Of a DNA stretch of 64,000 nt, positions 19,826 through 29,988 are shown piece by piece; position 1 is the first letter of the stretch; each line of letters starts with the position of its first letter. The DNA is from an uncultured Planctomycetaceae bacterium (lineage in GTDB: Bacteria > Planctomycetota > Planctomycetia > Isosphaerales > Isosphaeraceae): NCBI GenBank assembly GCA_963833985.1, contig CAWIAD010000002.1, positions 5,472,001-5,536,000 on the forward strand. The letters run 5' to 3'. A program made the translations under genes and the position numbers. Under the pieces are notes generated by a model. The model saw only the letters and a program-made list of their open reading frames with translations, was not told the DNA's origin and ran no database searches.

Positions 19826-20938
19826 TCAGGTCAGCGAGATCGGTTCGAGCATCGGCGGAGGTACGCCCGTGTCCTCCAGCCGGCGCCGCAACTGGCCGCA
19901 CGCGGCGTCGATGGTCTGACCCCTGGTCTTGCGGACCGTGGCACTGACGCCCTGCGCGCGCAGCAACGTCACGAAGTGCCGGACGGCCTCGGGCTGCGGG
20001 CGCTGGAACGGCAGGCCGGCCACGGAATTGTACGGGATCAGGTTCACGTGCGCCTTGCGGCCGCGCAGCCGCCGTGCCAGCGCGCGGGCGTGCTCGGGAC
20101 GGTCGTTGACCTCGTGCAGCAGAATGTATTCGTACGTGATCTGGCGGCCCGTGGTCTGAAAGTAAAAATCCGCCGCCTCCAGCACGGCGCCCAGCCCCAC
20201 CTTCTCGTTCACGGGCACGAGCTTGTTGCGCAGTTCCTCGGTGGGTGCGTGTAGCGAGACCGCCAGGTGGTATTGCCGGTCGAGCAGGGCGAGCCTGCGC
20301 ATCTTCTCGGGCAAGCCGACGGTGGAGATGGTTACCCGGCGCTGGCTGAGGCCTAACCCCAGGTCGGCCGCGGGTGCACAGAGCCGATCGAGGGCCGGAA
20401 TGAGCTGGTCCAGGTTTGCCAGACTTTCGCCCATTCCCATGACCACGATGTTCGTGATCGACTCGCCGGGCGGCAGCAGGTTCCGCAGCCGGAGCACCTG
20501 CTCGAGGATCTCACCGGAGCTCAGGTTCCGTTCCACGCCCTTCAAACCGCTGGCGCAGAAGACGCATCCCATGCCGCAGCCGACCTGCGTGCTGATGCAG
20601 ACCGTCCGCCTGGGATCCTCGATCATCAGCACGCACTCCACGCGCCGGCCGTCGTGGCATTCCAGCAAGAGCTTCTCGGTACCCTCACCGCTACGGCCGT
20701 GGAAGAGCACGCGCGTTCCCAGCACCGACCAGCGCGCGGCCAGATCCGAGCGGAGCGACCGCGGGACGTCTGTCATGCCATCGAATGATTCCGCCCGGCG
20801 CTGGATCACCCACTGGAGGACTTGCCGCGCGCGGTAGCCCGGGTGGCCCTGGCTGATCATCCAGGCATGCCACTCCTCGGGCGTCGCCTCCAGGAGGAAA
20901 CGCCTGTCCATGACCGGTTGTGTCGCGTCGTCTCTCAT
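19826..20938 (-). CDS. rlmN: 23S rRNA (A2503)/tRNA methyltransferase RlmN, radical SAM
   Basis: CISTQVGCGMGCVFC, MGMGE, SLHAP, NLIPYN, IDAACGQL. Confidence 0.96.
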   Translation of the reverse strand: MRDDATQPVMDRRFLLEATPEEWHAWMISQGHPGYRARQVLQWVIQRRAESFDGMTDVPRSLRSDLAARWSVLGTRVLFHGRSGEGTEKLLLECHDGRRVECVLMIEDPRRTVCISTQVGCGMGCVFCASGLKGVERNLSSGEILEQVLRLRNLLPPGESITNIVVMGMGESLANLDQLIPALDRLCAPAADLGLGLSQRRVTISTVGLPEKMRRLALLDRQYHLAVSLHAPTEELRNKLVPVNEKVGLGAVLEAADFYFQTTGRQITYEYILLHEVNDRPEHARALARRLRGRKAHVNLIPYNSVAGLPFQRPQPEAVRHFVTLLRAQGVSATVRKTRGQTIDAACGQLRRRLEDTGVPPPMLEPISLT

Positions 20939-21109
20939 GCCGCCGGGTTGACCGTGTGCCGGTGAGCTTGATGTCTCGTGTCGTGAGCCCTGTTCATTCT
21001 AGTGCTCTGGCACGGCTCTTCCAATGCGGGCTCGACCCCGTATCCTGGATAGAGCGATGCATCTGGGAACAAAGAGCACGAAACGTCACTCCTTGCAGGA
21101 CAGGCCGGC

Positions 21110-22006
21110 ATGACCGACGCCGATGAATTGATTGCCCGATGCCGCGTGCCGGAAAAGCACAAGGTCCGTCTGGAAGACCACGACCCGGATTGGGCCGGCG
21201 ACCCCAAGCTGCCCAAGAGCGAACGCAAGCAGCTTGCCCAGGATTCGCTGAGCCAGAACGTCTCCGCGCTCGCCGATGCCCAGGAACGGCTCTACGCCGC
21301 GGACCGCTGGTCGATTCTGCTGATCTTTCAGGCGATGGACGCCGCGGGCAAGGACAGCACCATCAAGCACGTCATGTCGGGCGTCAATCCCCAGGGTTGC
21401 CAGGTCTTCAGCTTCAAGCATCCGTCGGCCGAGGAGCTCGATCACAACTTCCTCTGGAGGTATACCCGCTGTCTCCCGGAGCGCGGGCGGATCGGCATCT
21501 TCAACCGCTCCTACTACGAGGAGGTCCTGGTGGTGCGGGTGCATCCCGAGCTGGTTGCCGCCGAGCGAATCCCGGAGACCAAGATCGATGAAGACTTCTG
21601 GGAGGACCGGTACGCCGATATCAACGCCCTGGAACGGCACCTCACGCGCAACGGCACGGTGGTGCTCAAGTTCTTTCTCAATGTCTCCAAGAAAGAGCAG
21701 CGCAAGCGGTTCCTGAAGCGGCTGGACGATCCCCGCAAGCACTGGAAGTTCGCGGCGGCGGACCTGGTGGAGCGCGGCTTCTGGAGCGACTACATGCGGG
21801 CTTACGAGGATGCCCTGAGCGCAACCAGCACCAAATGGGCCCCCTGGTACATCATCCCTGCCGACCACAAGTGGGTGACCCGCGGCCTGGTGGCCCACAT
21901 CATCACCTCCCGGATGAATGAGCTTGAGCTCCGCTACCCCGAGCCGACGCCCGAGCAGGAGACCGCCATCGAGCAGGCCCGCAAGCAACTTGGCGAGGAG
22001 GACTGA
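21110..22006 (+). CDS. ppk2: Polyphosphate kinase 2 family protein (single domain, class III-like)
   Basis: FQAMDAAGKDSTIKHV, GVNPQG, FNRSYYEEVL, APWYIIPADHKW. Confidence 0.93.
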   Translation: MTDADELIARCRVPEKHKVRLEDHDPDWAGDPKLPKSERKQLAQDSLSQNVSALADAQERLYAADRWSILLIFQAMDAAGKDSTIKHVMSGVNPQGCQVFSFKHPSAEELDHNFLWRYTRCLPERGRIGIFNRSYYEEVLVVRVHPELVAAERIPETKIDEDFWEDRYADINALERHLTRNGTVVLKFFLNVSKKEQRKRFLKRLDDPRKHWKFAAADLVERGFWSDYMRAYEDALSATSTKWAPWYIIPADHKWVTRGLVAHIITSRMNELELRYPEPTPEQETAIEQARKQLGEED

Positions 22007-23909
22007 TGAAACGGCCAGGCCCGATGGTCCTTGTCCTCTGCCTGCTGCTGAGCCAGCAGGCTGTGGCCAGCCTGGAGGCCGTCGAGCCGGCCCAGGCGCC
22101 CGTGGTGATCACGCGCCGGCAGCTTGCGACGGGCACCATCAGCCCCCTGCAATACGGCCAGTTCATCGAGTATCTCTGCACCTTGATCCCGGGCATGTGG
22201 GCCGACAAGCTGGACGACGGCAGCTTCGAAGGGCTCACGCCGTACAAGGTTGTCTACCTTGGCGAGACTGATTTCCGCGAGCGGCCCTGGTATCCCACAG
22301 CGCCACCAACCGCGCCACCTTCGAGCGCGACCGCATGCACAAGGTGAGCGGGGAGACCTCGTACCGGATCGCCGCTGCGGAGGAAGTTCCCTGCACCGTG
22401 GGAATCGCCCAGGATGGGCTGGCCGTCCAGCGCGGGCTCGCGTGCGGGTTCACCTGCTCGATCCGCTCGCAGGAGATCCGCCAGCCGATCCGCGTCCGGC
22501 TGCATCACGAAGGCATCGAGCTGGCGCGCTGCGAGTTCCCGCCGGGCCGGAATGACGGCTGGCAGAAGCGGCATGCCTGGCTGGTTCCATCGGCCAGCAA
22601 TGACCGTGTGACCCTGACGATCGAATTTCAAGGCCCGGGAACCCTCTGGCTTGACAACGCGAGCCTCATGCCCGAGGACGCCATGGGCGGCTGGCGGAAG
22701 GACGTGGTCGAGGCCGTGCGCGCGCTCAGGCCGGGCGTCATCCGCTTTGGCGGCAGCGCCCTGGACGATTCCAACCTCGGCCAGTTTGACTGGCGCTCGA
22801 CGATTGGCGATCCGGACCAGCGCCAGCCGTTCCGCGCCTGGGGCGGTCTTCAGCCGACCGGACCGGGACTCGAGGAGATCGTCCAGTTCTGCCAGCTCGT
22901 GCACGCCGAGCCCCTGCTCTGCGTTCGCACGACCGGGCGAACTCCGGCCGATGCCGCCGAAGAGGTCCGTTATTTCAACGGTCCGGCCGAAAGCCCCTCA
23001 GGCGCCCTGCGTGCCCGCAACGGCCATCCCGAGCCGTATCACGTGCGTTTCTGGCAGGTGGGCAACGAGCGCAGTGGGGCGGAGTACGAGGCCCGTCTCA
23101 CCGAGTTTTGCCAGGCCATGAAGCAGGCAGACCCGACGATCTCGCTGCTCTCGTCCTACCCAACGCCCGGTGTGCTCGGTCGCGCCGGGAGCTGGCTCGA
23201 TTTCGTCTCACCCCACCACTACGATTGTGCCAACCTGGCGGGAGCGGAAGCCGACTTGCTGGGCATCCGCCGCCTGATCCAGGCCCACGGCGCAGGCCGG
23301 TCGATTCGCGTTGCGGTCACCGAGTGGAACACGACGGGCGGCGACTGGGGACCGAAGCGCGGCCGGCTCTGGACGCTGGAAAACGCCCTGGCGTGCGCTC
23401 GCTACCACAACCTGCTGCACCGCCAGGGCGACTTCGTGACCATCGCCTGCCGCTCCAACTTGACCAACAGCTTCTGCTCGGGCTGCATCCAGACCGACAA
23501 CCACCGGCTCTACAAGACGCCCACCTACCACGCCCAGAAGCTCTACGCCACCCTGGCGGGCAATCGACCCCTGCGGATCGAAGGCCCTCCGCCTGCCGGG
23601 GCCGGGCTGGACCTGAGCGCCACGCTGACGGCGCAGGAAGATGCGGTTGTGCTGTTCGCGGTCAATGACGGCCGGCAAGCGGTCACTCGTTCCCTTGACT
23701 TTTCCGCCTTCGGCGCGTCTGGCCAGCCGCTGGACGTCTGGACTCTGGCCGATGGCCGCCAGGCGGGCGAGCCCGACGCGAGGAACAACTTCTCCGACCC
23801 CGAGCGCGTGGCCCCATGTCAGACCACGATCGCGGCGCCCGCCCCCCGGTTCGAGCACACCTTCCCGCCGCTCTCGCTCACGGTGCTGCGCTGGCGTGTC
23901 CACGGGTGA
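22006..23909 (+). CDS. Secreted GH51 alpha-L-arabinofuranosidase-like protein (frameshift ~22298)
   Basis: ISPLQYGQFIE, GWRKDVVEA...IRFGG, WQVGNE, VTEWN, FPPLSLTVL. Confidence 0.85.
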
Positions 23910-23999
23910 CGGGACGGGACAGGCCGACACGAGGCAAGTCGAGACGGGGCGAGACGGTCTTTCCCGGCATCCCGTCACGCGGCGTAAGGGCTTTCAGCT

Positions 24000-26542
24000 T
24001 CAATAGGACGCCGCCGGCTCGGCCCCGGGGGCGACCGTCCAGGGCGTCCAGGCCAGCACCACTTTCTCGACCGTGATGTCGGCTTTCCTCGGCGTCAGCT
24101 CGATGGCCTCGAGTGCCAGGGCGTTGGGCAAGAGCCTGGCGTCGAGCTTCTCCACCTCGGATTGAAAGTCCAGCTCCAGGTCCGTGAAGTTCTCCAGGGC
24201 GCGGTCCAGCTCGGCCTGGGCCGTTCCCAGGTCGCCGCTTTGCTGCATGGCCTTGCTCGCGGCCCTGGCGGCCGATGAGGCCTTGCCGACGTTGGTCTTG
24301 CTGATCGTCTTCTTGCCCAGGAACGCACCCAGGACCGAGTTGCCGAAGGCGATGGCCGCATCCCACTTGGCCTTGCTCGCCTGGGCCTCCTCGCGGTCCA
24401 GCCGCTCGCGCGCTCTGCGGACATCCTCCTGAAGCTTGCTCCGCTTCGCCGCATACCTGGCCCGCAGCTCCTCGGTCGCGCGGTCACGCGCCTCGCGGGA
24501 ACCTTGTGCCAGCCGGAGCCGAAAGTCACGCTGCGATTCCCCGGCCCGGGAATACTCCTTGAGCCTCCGGACACGACCAGGCCGTGAGCTTGTGCTCGCG
24601 GTAGAGATGGTTCTTCAGTCCCTTGCTGAAGTCGGTGTACGACTTCGCACGCGCTAGCACTCCCGGCAGCGGATCGAACTGTGCTCCCGGTTCCGGCGCC
24701 TTGTCCAGCTCGGGCAGGTGGTCCGTGTGGATCTCGGCGCCGGCCCAGAGATCCTCCGGCAGCTCCTCACGGGCATGCTGCAACAAGCCCAGGGTTTCCC
24801 AGTGGTCGATGCCGGCTTTCTTTTCCACGTAATGCAGGCGGGCCACGCCCAGGACGGCGGGGCGGTAGCGCACGCGCGGTTCCGGCATCCTGGGGTCCGC
24901 GGCGCGGGATGAAGAACTCGGGCACGTCCGGAGGCACGACCGGGCGGCTGCTCGTCGCGGCCCGGTTCGCCGATGGTCCCGGGCGGACCGGGTGCGCTGG
25001 TGTGCCGGATGGTGCCGTCGCGCCAGACGCAGTGGGCGCGCCGGATGCAGTGGTGGCGCCGGGTGGAGTCATCGTGCCGGACGCGGTGGCCGTGCTGGTT
25101 TCATTGCCAGAGGCCGGAGCGGCCTTCCGCGGTGCCATGAGCGTCTGGATCTGCTCGCGGTTGAGCGGCCCGCGGAGGTAGGAGAGGGCCCACCGGCTCT
25201 GGAACACGGTGGGCTGGTCCTGGTGCACGTTGTTCATCAGGAAGACGCGGTTGGAGAGGCTGGAAAGCGTCTCGTCGATCTGCCGGCGATCGAGGGTCTG
25301 CCCGGCCGCGCTGGATGCACCCTCCAGACCGTCGAGCACGCGGTCCTTGTCGCGCTTCGTCTGCAAGCGGCCCAGGAACCAGGTACCGGCGTTGGAGAGG
25401 CCCTTGTAATCGAGGTCCACCGGGTTCTGGGTTGCCAGCACGACGCCCAGGCCATAGGCCCGCGCCTGCTTGAGCAAGGTGAGCATGGGCAGCTTGGAGG
25501 GAGGGTTGGCCGTGGGCGGGAAATAACCGAAGATCTCGTCCATGTAGAGCACGGCGCGCAGGCTGGAGGTTCCCGGCTGGGTGCGGACCCACGCCAGGAC
25601 CTCGTTCAGCAGGATGGTGACGAAGAACATCCGCTCGCTGTCGGAGAGGTGCGCGATCGACAGGATGGAGAGGCGCGGCTTGCCATCCGAGGTGTAGAGG
25701 AGGCTGCCGACATCGAGCGCCTCGCCTTCCATCCAGGCCGAGAACCCCGGCGAAGCGATCAGGTTGTTGAGCTTCATCGCCAGGGCGAACCGCTCGCGGG
25801 CCGGGTAGAAGGTCTCCAGGTCCATGACGCCGACCCGGTCGAACCCCGGCGACTGCACCGCATGGATGAAGCTGGCCATATCCAGGTCGTGGCCGGCGCG
25901 CCAGGCCTGGTCGAGCACGTTGGCCAGGAGGATGTGCTCGCGGCTGGAGATCGGGTCCGCCTCGATACCCAGCAGCGCCAGCAGGCCGGAGACCGACGAG
26001 GTGATGCGCTCGCGGTACGCTTCCGCCTGGCTCACGAGCGCCGCGGGCGGGGCCGAGAACGACCGCAGGACCGTGAGCGGCAGACCCGCGCTGGAGCCGG
26101 GAGTGTAGATCGCCAGGTCGGCGGATTCCTGGAACCGCCGGATCCGCCCGCCGTCCTGTCCCCAGGCGGCCAGGCCCTCTTGCCACACGCGGGCCGTTTG
26201 CTCGGCGAACTCCTCCCGTGAGAGCCGCTTGCGGCTGGCCTCGTCGGGGTCGACCCAGGGCGCGAAGTCCTGCCCGCGGAGCTCGGGGAAGCCCAAGAGC
26301 AGGTTCCCCAGGTCGCCCTTGGGGTCGATGGCGATCACCGGAATCCCGTCGATGGCCGCTTCCTCCAGCAGCGCCAGACAGAGCCCCGTCTTGCCGCTGC
26401 CGGTCATGCCCACGCATACCGCGTGCGTGGTCAGCTGCTTCGATTCATAGAGGACCAGCTGCGTGCCGAGCTTGCGCTCATCGAGGTTGTATTCCTTCCC
26501 CAGGTAAAAGTATCCGAGCTTCTCGAAATCGGGATTCTTCAT
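24000..26542 (-). CDS. HerA/FtsK-superfamily ATPase (DUF87/DUF853-like) with C-terminal coiled coil (frameshifts ~24880, ~24560)
   Basis: [31 protein letters not shown]; ORFs 24767..26542, 24526..24888 and 24000..24248 chain. Confidence 0.85.
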
Positions 26543-26579
26543 GGAACCGCTCTCGCAACGTCCATCGCCGTTTGCCTGA

Positions 26580-27464
26580 TCAGGTGGTACCGGCGTTGTT
26601 TCCGTCTCCGCACTTCTGCTTCACCCGCTCCTGGTAGTGGTCGATGAAGTGGGCGGAGATCCGCCCCTGCACGGCCTGCCAGAGGCGCTCGATCTGGGTG
26701 GATTCCAGGAGCTGGTCGGCAACGGTCCCGGCCGACTGCTGGAGTGTCTCGAGCGCCGAGGCCACGGCCGCCACGGCCGCCAGCGACACCTCGCTCTGGC
26801 AGTGAGCGTACGTGTTGGCCACCAGGCTGATCGTGGGCAGGAGGGGCACGGGATCTTCCAGGTTCACAAACCGGTAGATCTTGCCGGCGAACTCCTTTTC
26901 AAGGGCCCGCGCCGCGGTGTCGTTGCCGATCATGGGTGAGCCGAAGGTGACGACCTCGTGCACCGGCACGAAGTTGCGCTGCAATCGCCAGGAGGCCAGC
27001 ACCGCCAGGGCGCCGCCAAGGCTGTGACCGGTCACCCAGAGCGGCCGGTCGCCGGCTTCCACTGCCTTGTTCACCGCGGCGAAAAGGGGCTCCCAGATCG
27101 CATGGAGGGCCTCCATGAAACCGCGATGGAACCGCGCCCCCACGCCGGCCGCGGCGAAGTCCGTGCCGATCTCGCCCTCTGGCAAGATCAGGTAATTGTT
27201 GGCGTTGGTCAGGAGCCAGTCCTTCAGACCATCCAGCGTGTTGGGCGCCTGCGAGCCGCGAAACGCAACCACGATGAGCTTGTCGTTCTCCGCGACATAA
27301 ACCTGCGTGCTATCCACGCTGATCAGCTTGGCCTCGAGGCCGAGCTGCTCGCGAAAGCCATCCGGGCCGGCCGGCGGGTCGAGATACGCCAGGCTGCACG
27401 CGAACGACAGGAACAGGGCGTTCCGAGCGTCTCCCGGCTTCGTGGCTTCCAGTACCATCGGCAT
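26580..27464 (-). CDS. Lipase class 3 family alpha/beta hydrolase
   Basis: [31 protein letters not shown]-terminal His. Confidence 0.9.
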   Translation of the reverse strand: MPMVLEATKPGDARNALFLSFACSLAYLDPPAGPDGFREQLGLEAKLISVDSTQVYVAENDKLIVVAFRGSQAPNTLDGLKDWLLTNANNYLILPEGEIGTDFAAAGVGARFHRGFMEALHAIWEPLFAAVNKAVEAGDRPLWVTGHSLGGALAVLASWRLQRNFVPVHEVVTFGSPMIGNDTAARALEKEFAGKIYRFVNLEDPVPLLPTISLVANTYAHCQSEVSLAAVAAVASALETLQQSAGTVADQLLESTQIERLWQAVQGRISAHFIDHYQERVKQKCGDGNNAGTT

Positions 27465-27530
27465 GTTCGGTCTCCTGGTCCAAGAGGTCCGTCGGCAGCC
27501 TGGCTGGGTGGCTTCTGGGTGGCTTCTGTG

Positions 27531-28121
27531 TCACCGCAAGACGCGCCGGCCTTCCTTGCCTTGCCTCCACTTGTCGGCACTCTCTGCGCTGACCTTCGTT
27601 CCCGTCAGGTCCAGCCGCAGCAGTGATTCCTTCGCCGCCAGCGCATCTCGAAATCCCTGGTCGGTGACCTCGGTATTCTTGAGCCGCAGCACGCGCAGCA
27701 CCGGCAGATCCTTGAGCACTTGCAGCCCGGCATCGGATACGTGACTGTTGCTGAGGTCGAGGTCCTCGAGCTGGTTCATTCCCTTGAGGTTCTCCAGCGT
27801 CTGGTCCGTCACGTCCGGATTGGCCATCTGCAAGACGGTGACGTCCGGCTTTGATCTCAGGAACGAATAATCCTTGCGGTCCCACCCCGTCAGCGTAAGG
27901 GTTCGATGCCCATCGACCACGCGCTCGCGAGGTCCCAGATCGATCGGCACGAGGAGCTGGTACGTGGGTGGAAATGCCGTGATGGCGAGACCCAGGATGA
28001 TGAGTGCCAGCGGTGCCAGGCCCTTGCGCCAGTGCCTGAAGGCACGCACGACGAGCCCGAGCAAGCCGAGGACGATCACCAGCAGTCCCGCCAGGTGAAT
28101 GTAGAGGGCGTAATTCTCCAT
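27531..28121 (-). CDS. Membrane-anchored leucine-rich repeat protein
   Basis: Two TM segments then LxxLxLxNxxVxDxGL repeats. Confidence 0.85.
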   Translation of the reverse strand: MENYALYIHLAGLLVIVLGLLGLVVRAFRHWRKGLAPLALIILGLAITAFPPTYQLLVPIDLGPRERVVDGHRTLTLTGWDRKDYSFLRSKPDVTVLQMANPDVTDQTLENLKGMNQLEDLDLSNSHVSDAGLQVLKDLPVLRVLRLKNTEVTDQGFRDALAAKESLLRLDLTGTKVSAESADKWRQGKEGRRVLR

Positions 28122-28152
28122 CGCGGTCGATGCACCTCTCAAGGCCGTCGCG

Positions 28153-28432
28153 TCACGGTGTAAGCGGCAGCTTGCAGCCCATATCTCTCAATACGTCCTT
28201 GATCGCGTGCACGAGCTGGGCAAGGTCGGCCTCGAAGAGACGGCCAATCGTGCCGATCCGGAACGTATCAACCTTCGTCAGTTTGCCCGGGTAGATGATC
28301 ATACCATGGTCGCTGAGCCGTTGGTAAAACTCCGCGAACGGGAACGCGGGGTCGCTGGGGTAATGAAATGCCGTGATGATGAAGCTCTGAACGCCGGGAT
28401 CGAGGAACGGGACGAACAGAAAAGCCCGCTCC
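28153..28432 (-). pseudogene. phnW: C-terminal stub of 2-aminoethylphosphonate-pyruvate transaminase PhnW
   Basis: QSFIITAFHYPSDP...FYQRL...IIYPGKLTKVDTFRIGTIG resembles the PhnW C-terminus; PLP-binding part absent. Confidence 0.75.
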
Positions 28433-29808
28433 TCACCCGGCAAGGCCCAGCTCCTTCTCGACCTCGGCGATGGATTCCTCCAGGATCTCCAGGGCCCGGA
28501 GCATCTCAGACTCCGTGACGATCAAGGGCGGTGTGAGCGTGAGCACATTCCCCATGGTCGTCTTGAAATTCAGACCGCGGCTCAAGGCCCGGTAAAGCAC
28601 GGCATCCGCCGCGTCACAGGCCGGCTCGCGTGTCGTCCGGTCCAGCACCAGCTCCGCACCCATCAAGCAGCCGCGGCCACGGACATCGCCAATCAGGGGA
28701 TGCCGGTCCATCATCGCAGCCAGCCGCTTCAATCCCAGGGCGCCGACCCGGGCGGCATTCGCGACCAGTTCCTCCTCCCGGATGATCTGGAGCGTTGTCA
28801 GTCCCGCCCGTGCGGTGACCGGGTTCTTCTCATGGGTGTAGTGCCCGTACGCATAGGAGCCGCAGACGTCCAGCTCGGGCCGGCAGATCACGGCGGCGAG
28901 CGGTAAGATCCCACCGCCCAGGCTCTTGCCAAGAACCAGGATATCCGGAACCACGCCGTCGTGCTGGCACGAAAACATCGTCCCGGTCTTGCCTAGCCCG
29001 GTGGGGATCTCGTCGAAGATCAACAGGGCGCCGAACTCATCGCAGGCCCGGCGCACATCGGCCCAGAAGCCGGGCGGAGGGAGATAGGGCACCGCCCGGA
29101 CGGGCTCGCCGATGACCGCGGCGACGTCTCCCTCCTTTTCCAGAACGTACCGGATGGTCCGGCGCAGAGCTCGGCACTGCCTTCCGTAACGCCCCAGGCA
29201 TTGCGGTAATCGCCGAAGGGAGGCACGTGCTCGGTGCCGCTCAGCAAGGGTCCGATCGGACCGCCGCGAAACATGGCCTCGCCGCCAATGCTCCGAGCGC
29301 CGAAGCCAGCCCCATGATACGAGTCCCAGAATGAGATCGTCTTGAACCGGCCCGTGGCGGTGCGCGCGTAGGCAAGTGCAATCTCGATCGCGTCGGAGCC
29401 GCTGGGACAGAACAGGACCTTCTCCAGCCCGGCCGGCGCCAGCTCCACGAGCGTCTCGGCCAGCTCGACGGCGGGACCGCAGGTGTACCGCCGCGGTGCG
29501 AACGAGAGCTCGTGCATCTGCCGTGATAAGGCCTCGATGAGCCGGGGATGCCCGTAGCCGATATGGTGCACGTTGTTGCCGTGGAAGTCCATGGAGCGCC
29601 GGCCCTGGAGGTCCTCGATCCAGATTCCCTCCGCGTGGCGCACGGCGGACAGGCAGGGTGTGGAGACGGATTGCCTGAGGAAAACCCGGGCATCACGCGC
29701 GACCAGCGCACGGGTGGCGTCATCCAGGTGCGCTTCCGACCAGGCCTGCCGCCTTGGCGATTGGTTCGTATCCCCTTCCGCCTCGGCAATCCGCTTTCCA
29801 GGTTCCAT
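28433..29808 (-). CDS. pbfA: Class III PLP enzyme, likely (R)-1-hydroxy-2-aminoethylphosphonate ammonia-lyase PbfA (frameshift ~29158)
   Basis: EGDTNQSPRRQAW, QSVSTPCL, DFHGNNVH, FDEIPTGLGKTG, LGKSLGGG, HYTHEKNP; next to phnW stub. Confidence 0.75.
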
Positions 29809-29988
29809 CCGCGGTTTCTTCCTCCACGGCGGTTCGCGCGACGAGGTCAGCAGCAGCGTCGTGACCGACCAGGAATTGGAACATGAGCCAGGGCTCTGGA
29901 AAAGCCCCCTGACTCAAATCAGGAGGGCAAGCGGCCGCCGCAACAGTTCAGCCCTTCCTTGAGGAGGACAGGTACCAGCCGGAACAGT

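Noticed and set aside
21008..21022. Sigma-54 promoter before ppk2 (TGGCAC-N5-TTCC)
   Set aside because: Lacks the conserved -12 GC
24000..26542. Assignment to a named HerA defence system or NurA-HerA
   Set aside because: No Sir2, DUF4297 or NurA partner adjacent
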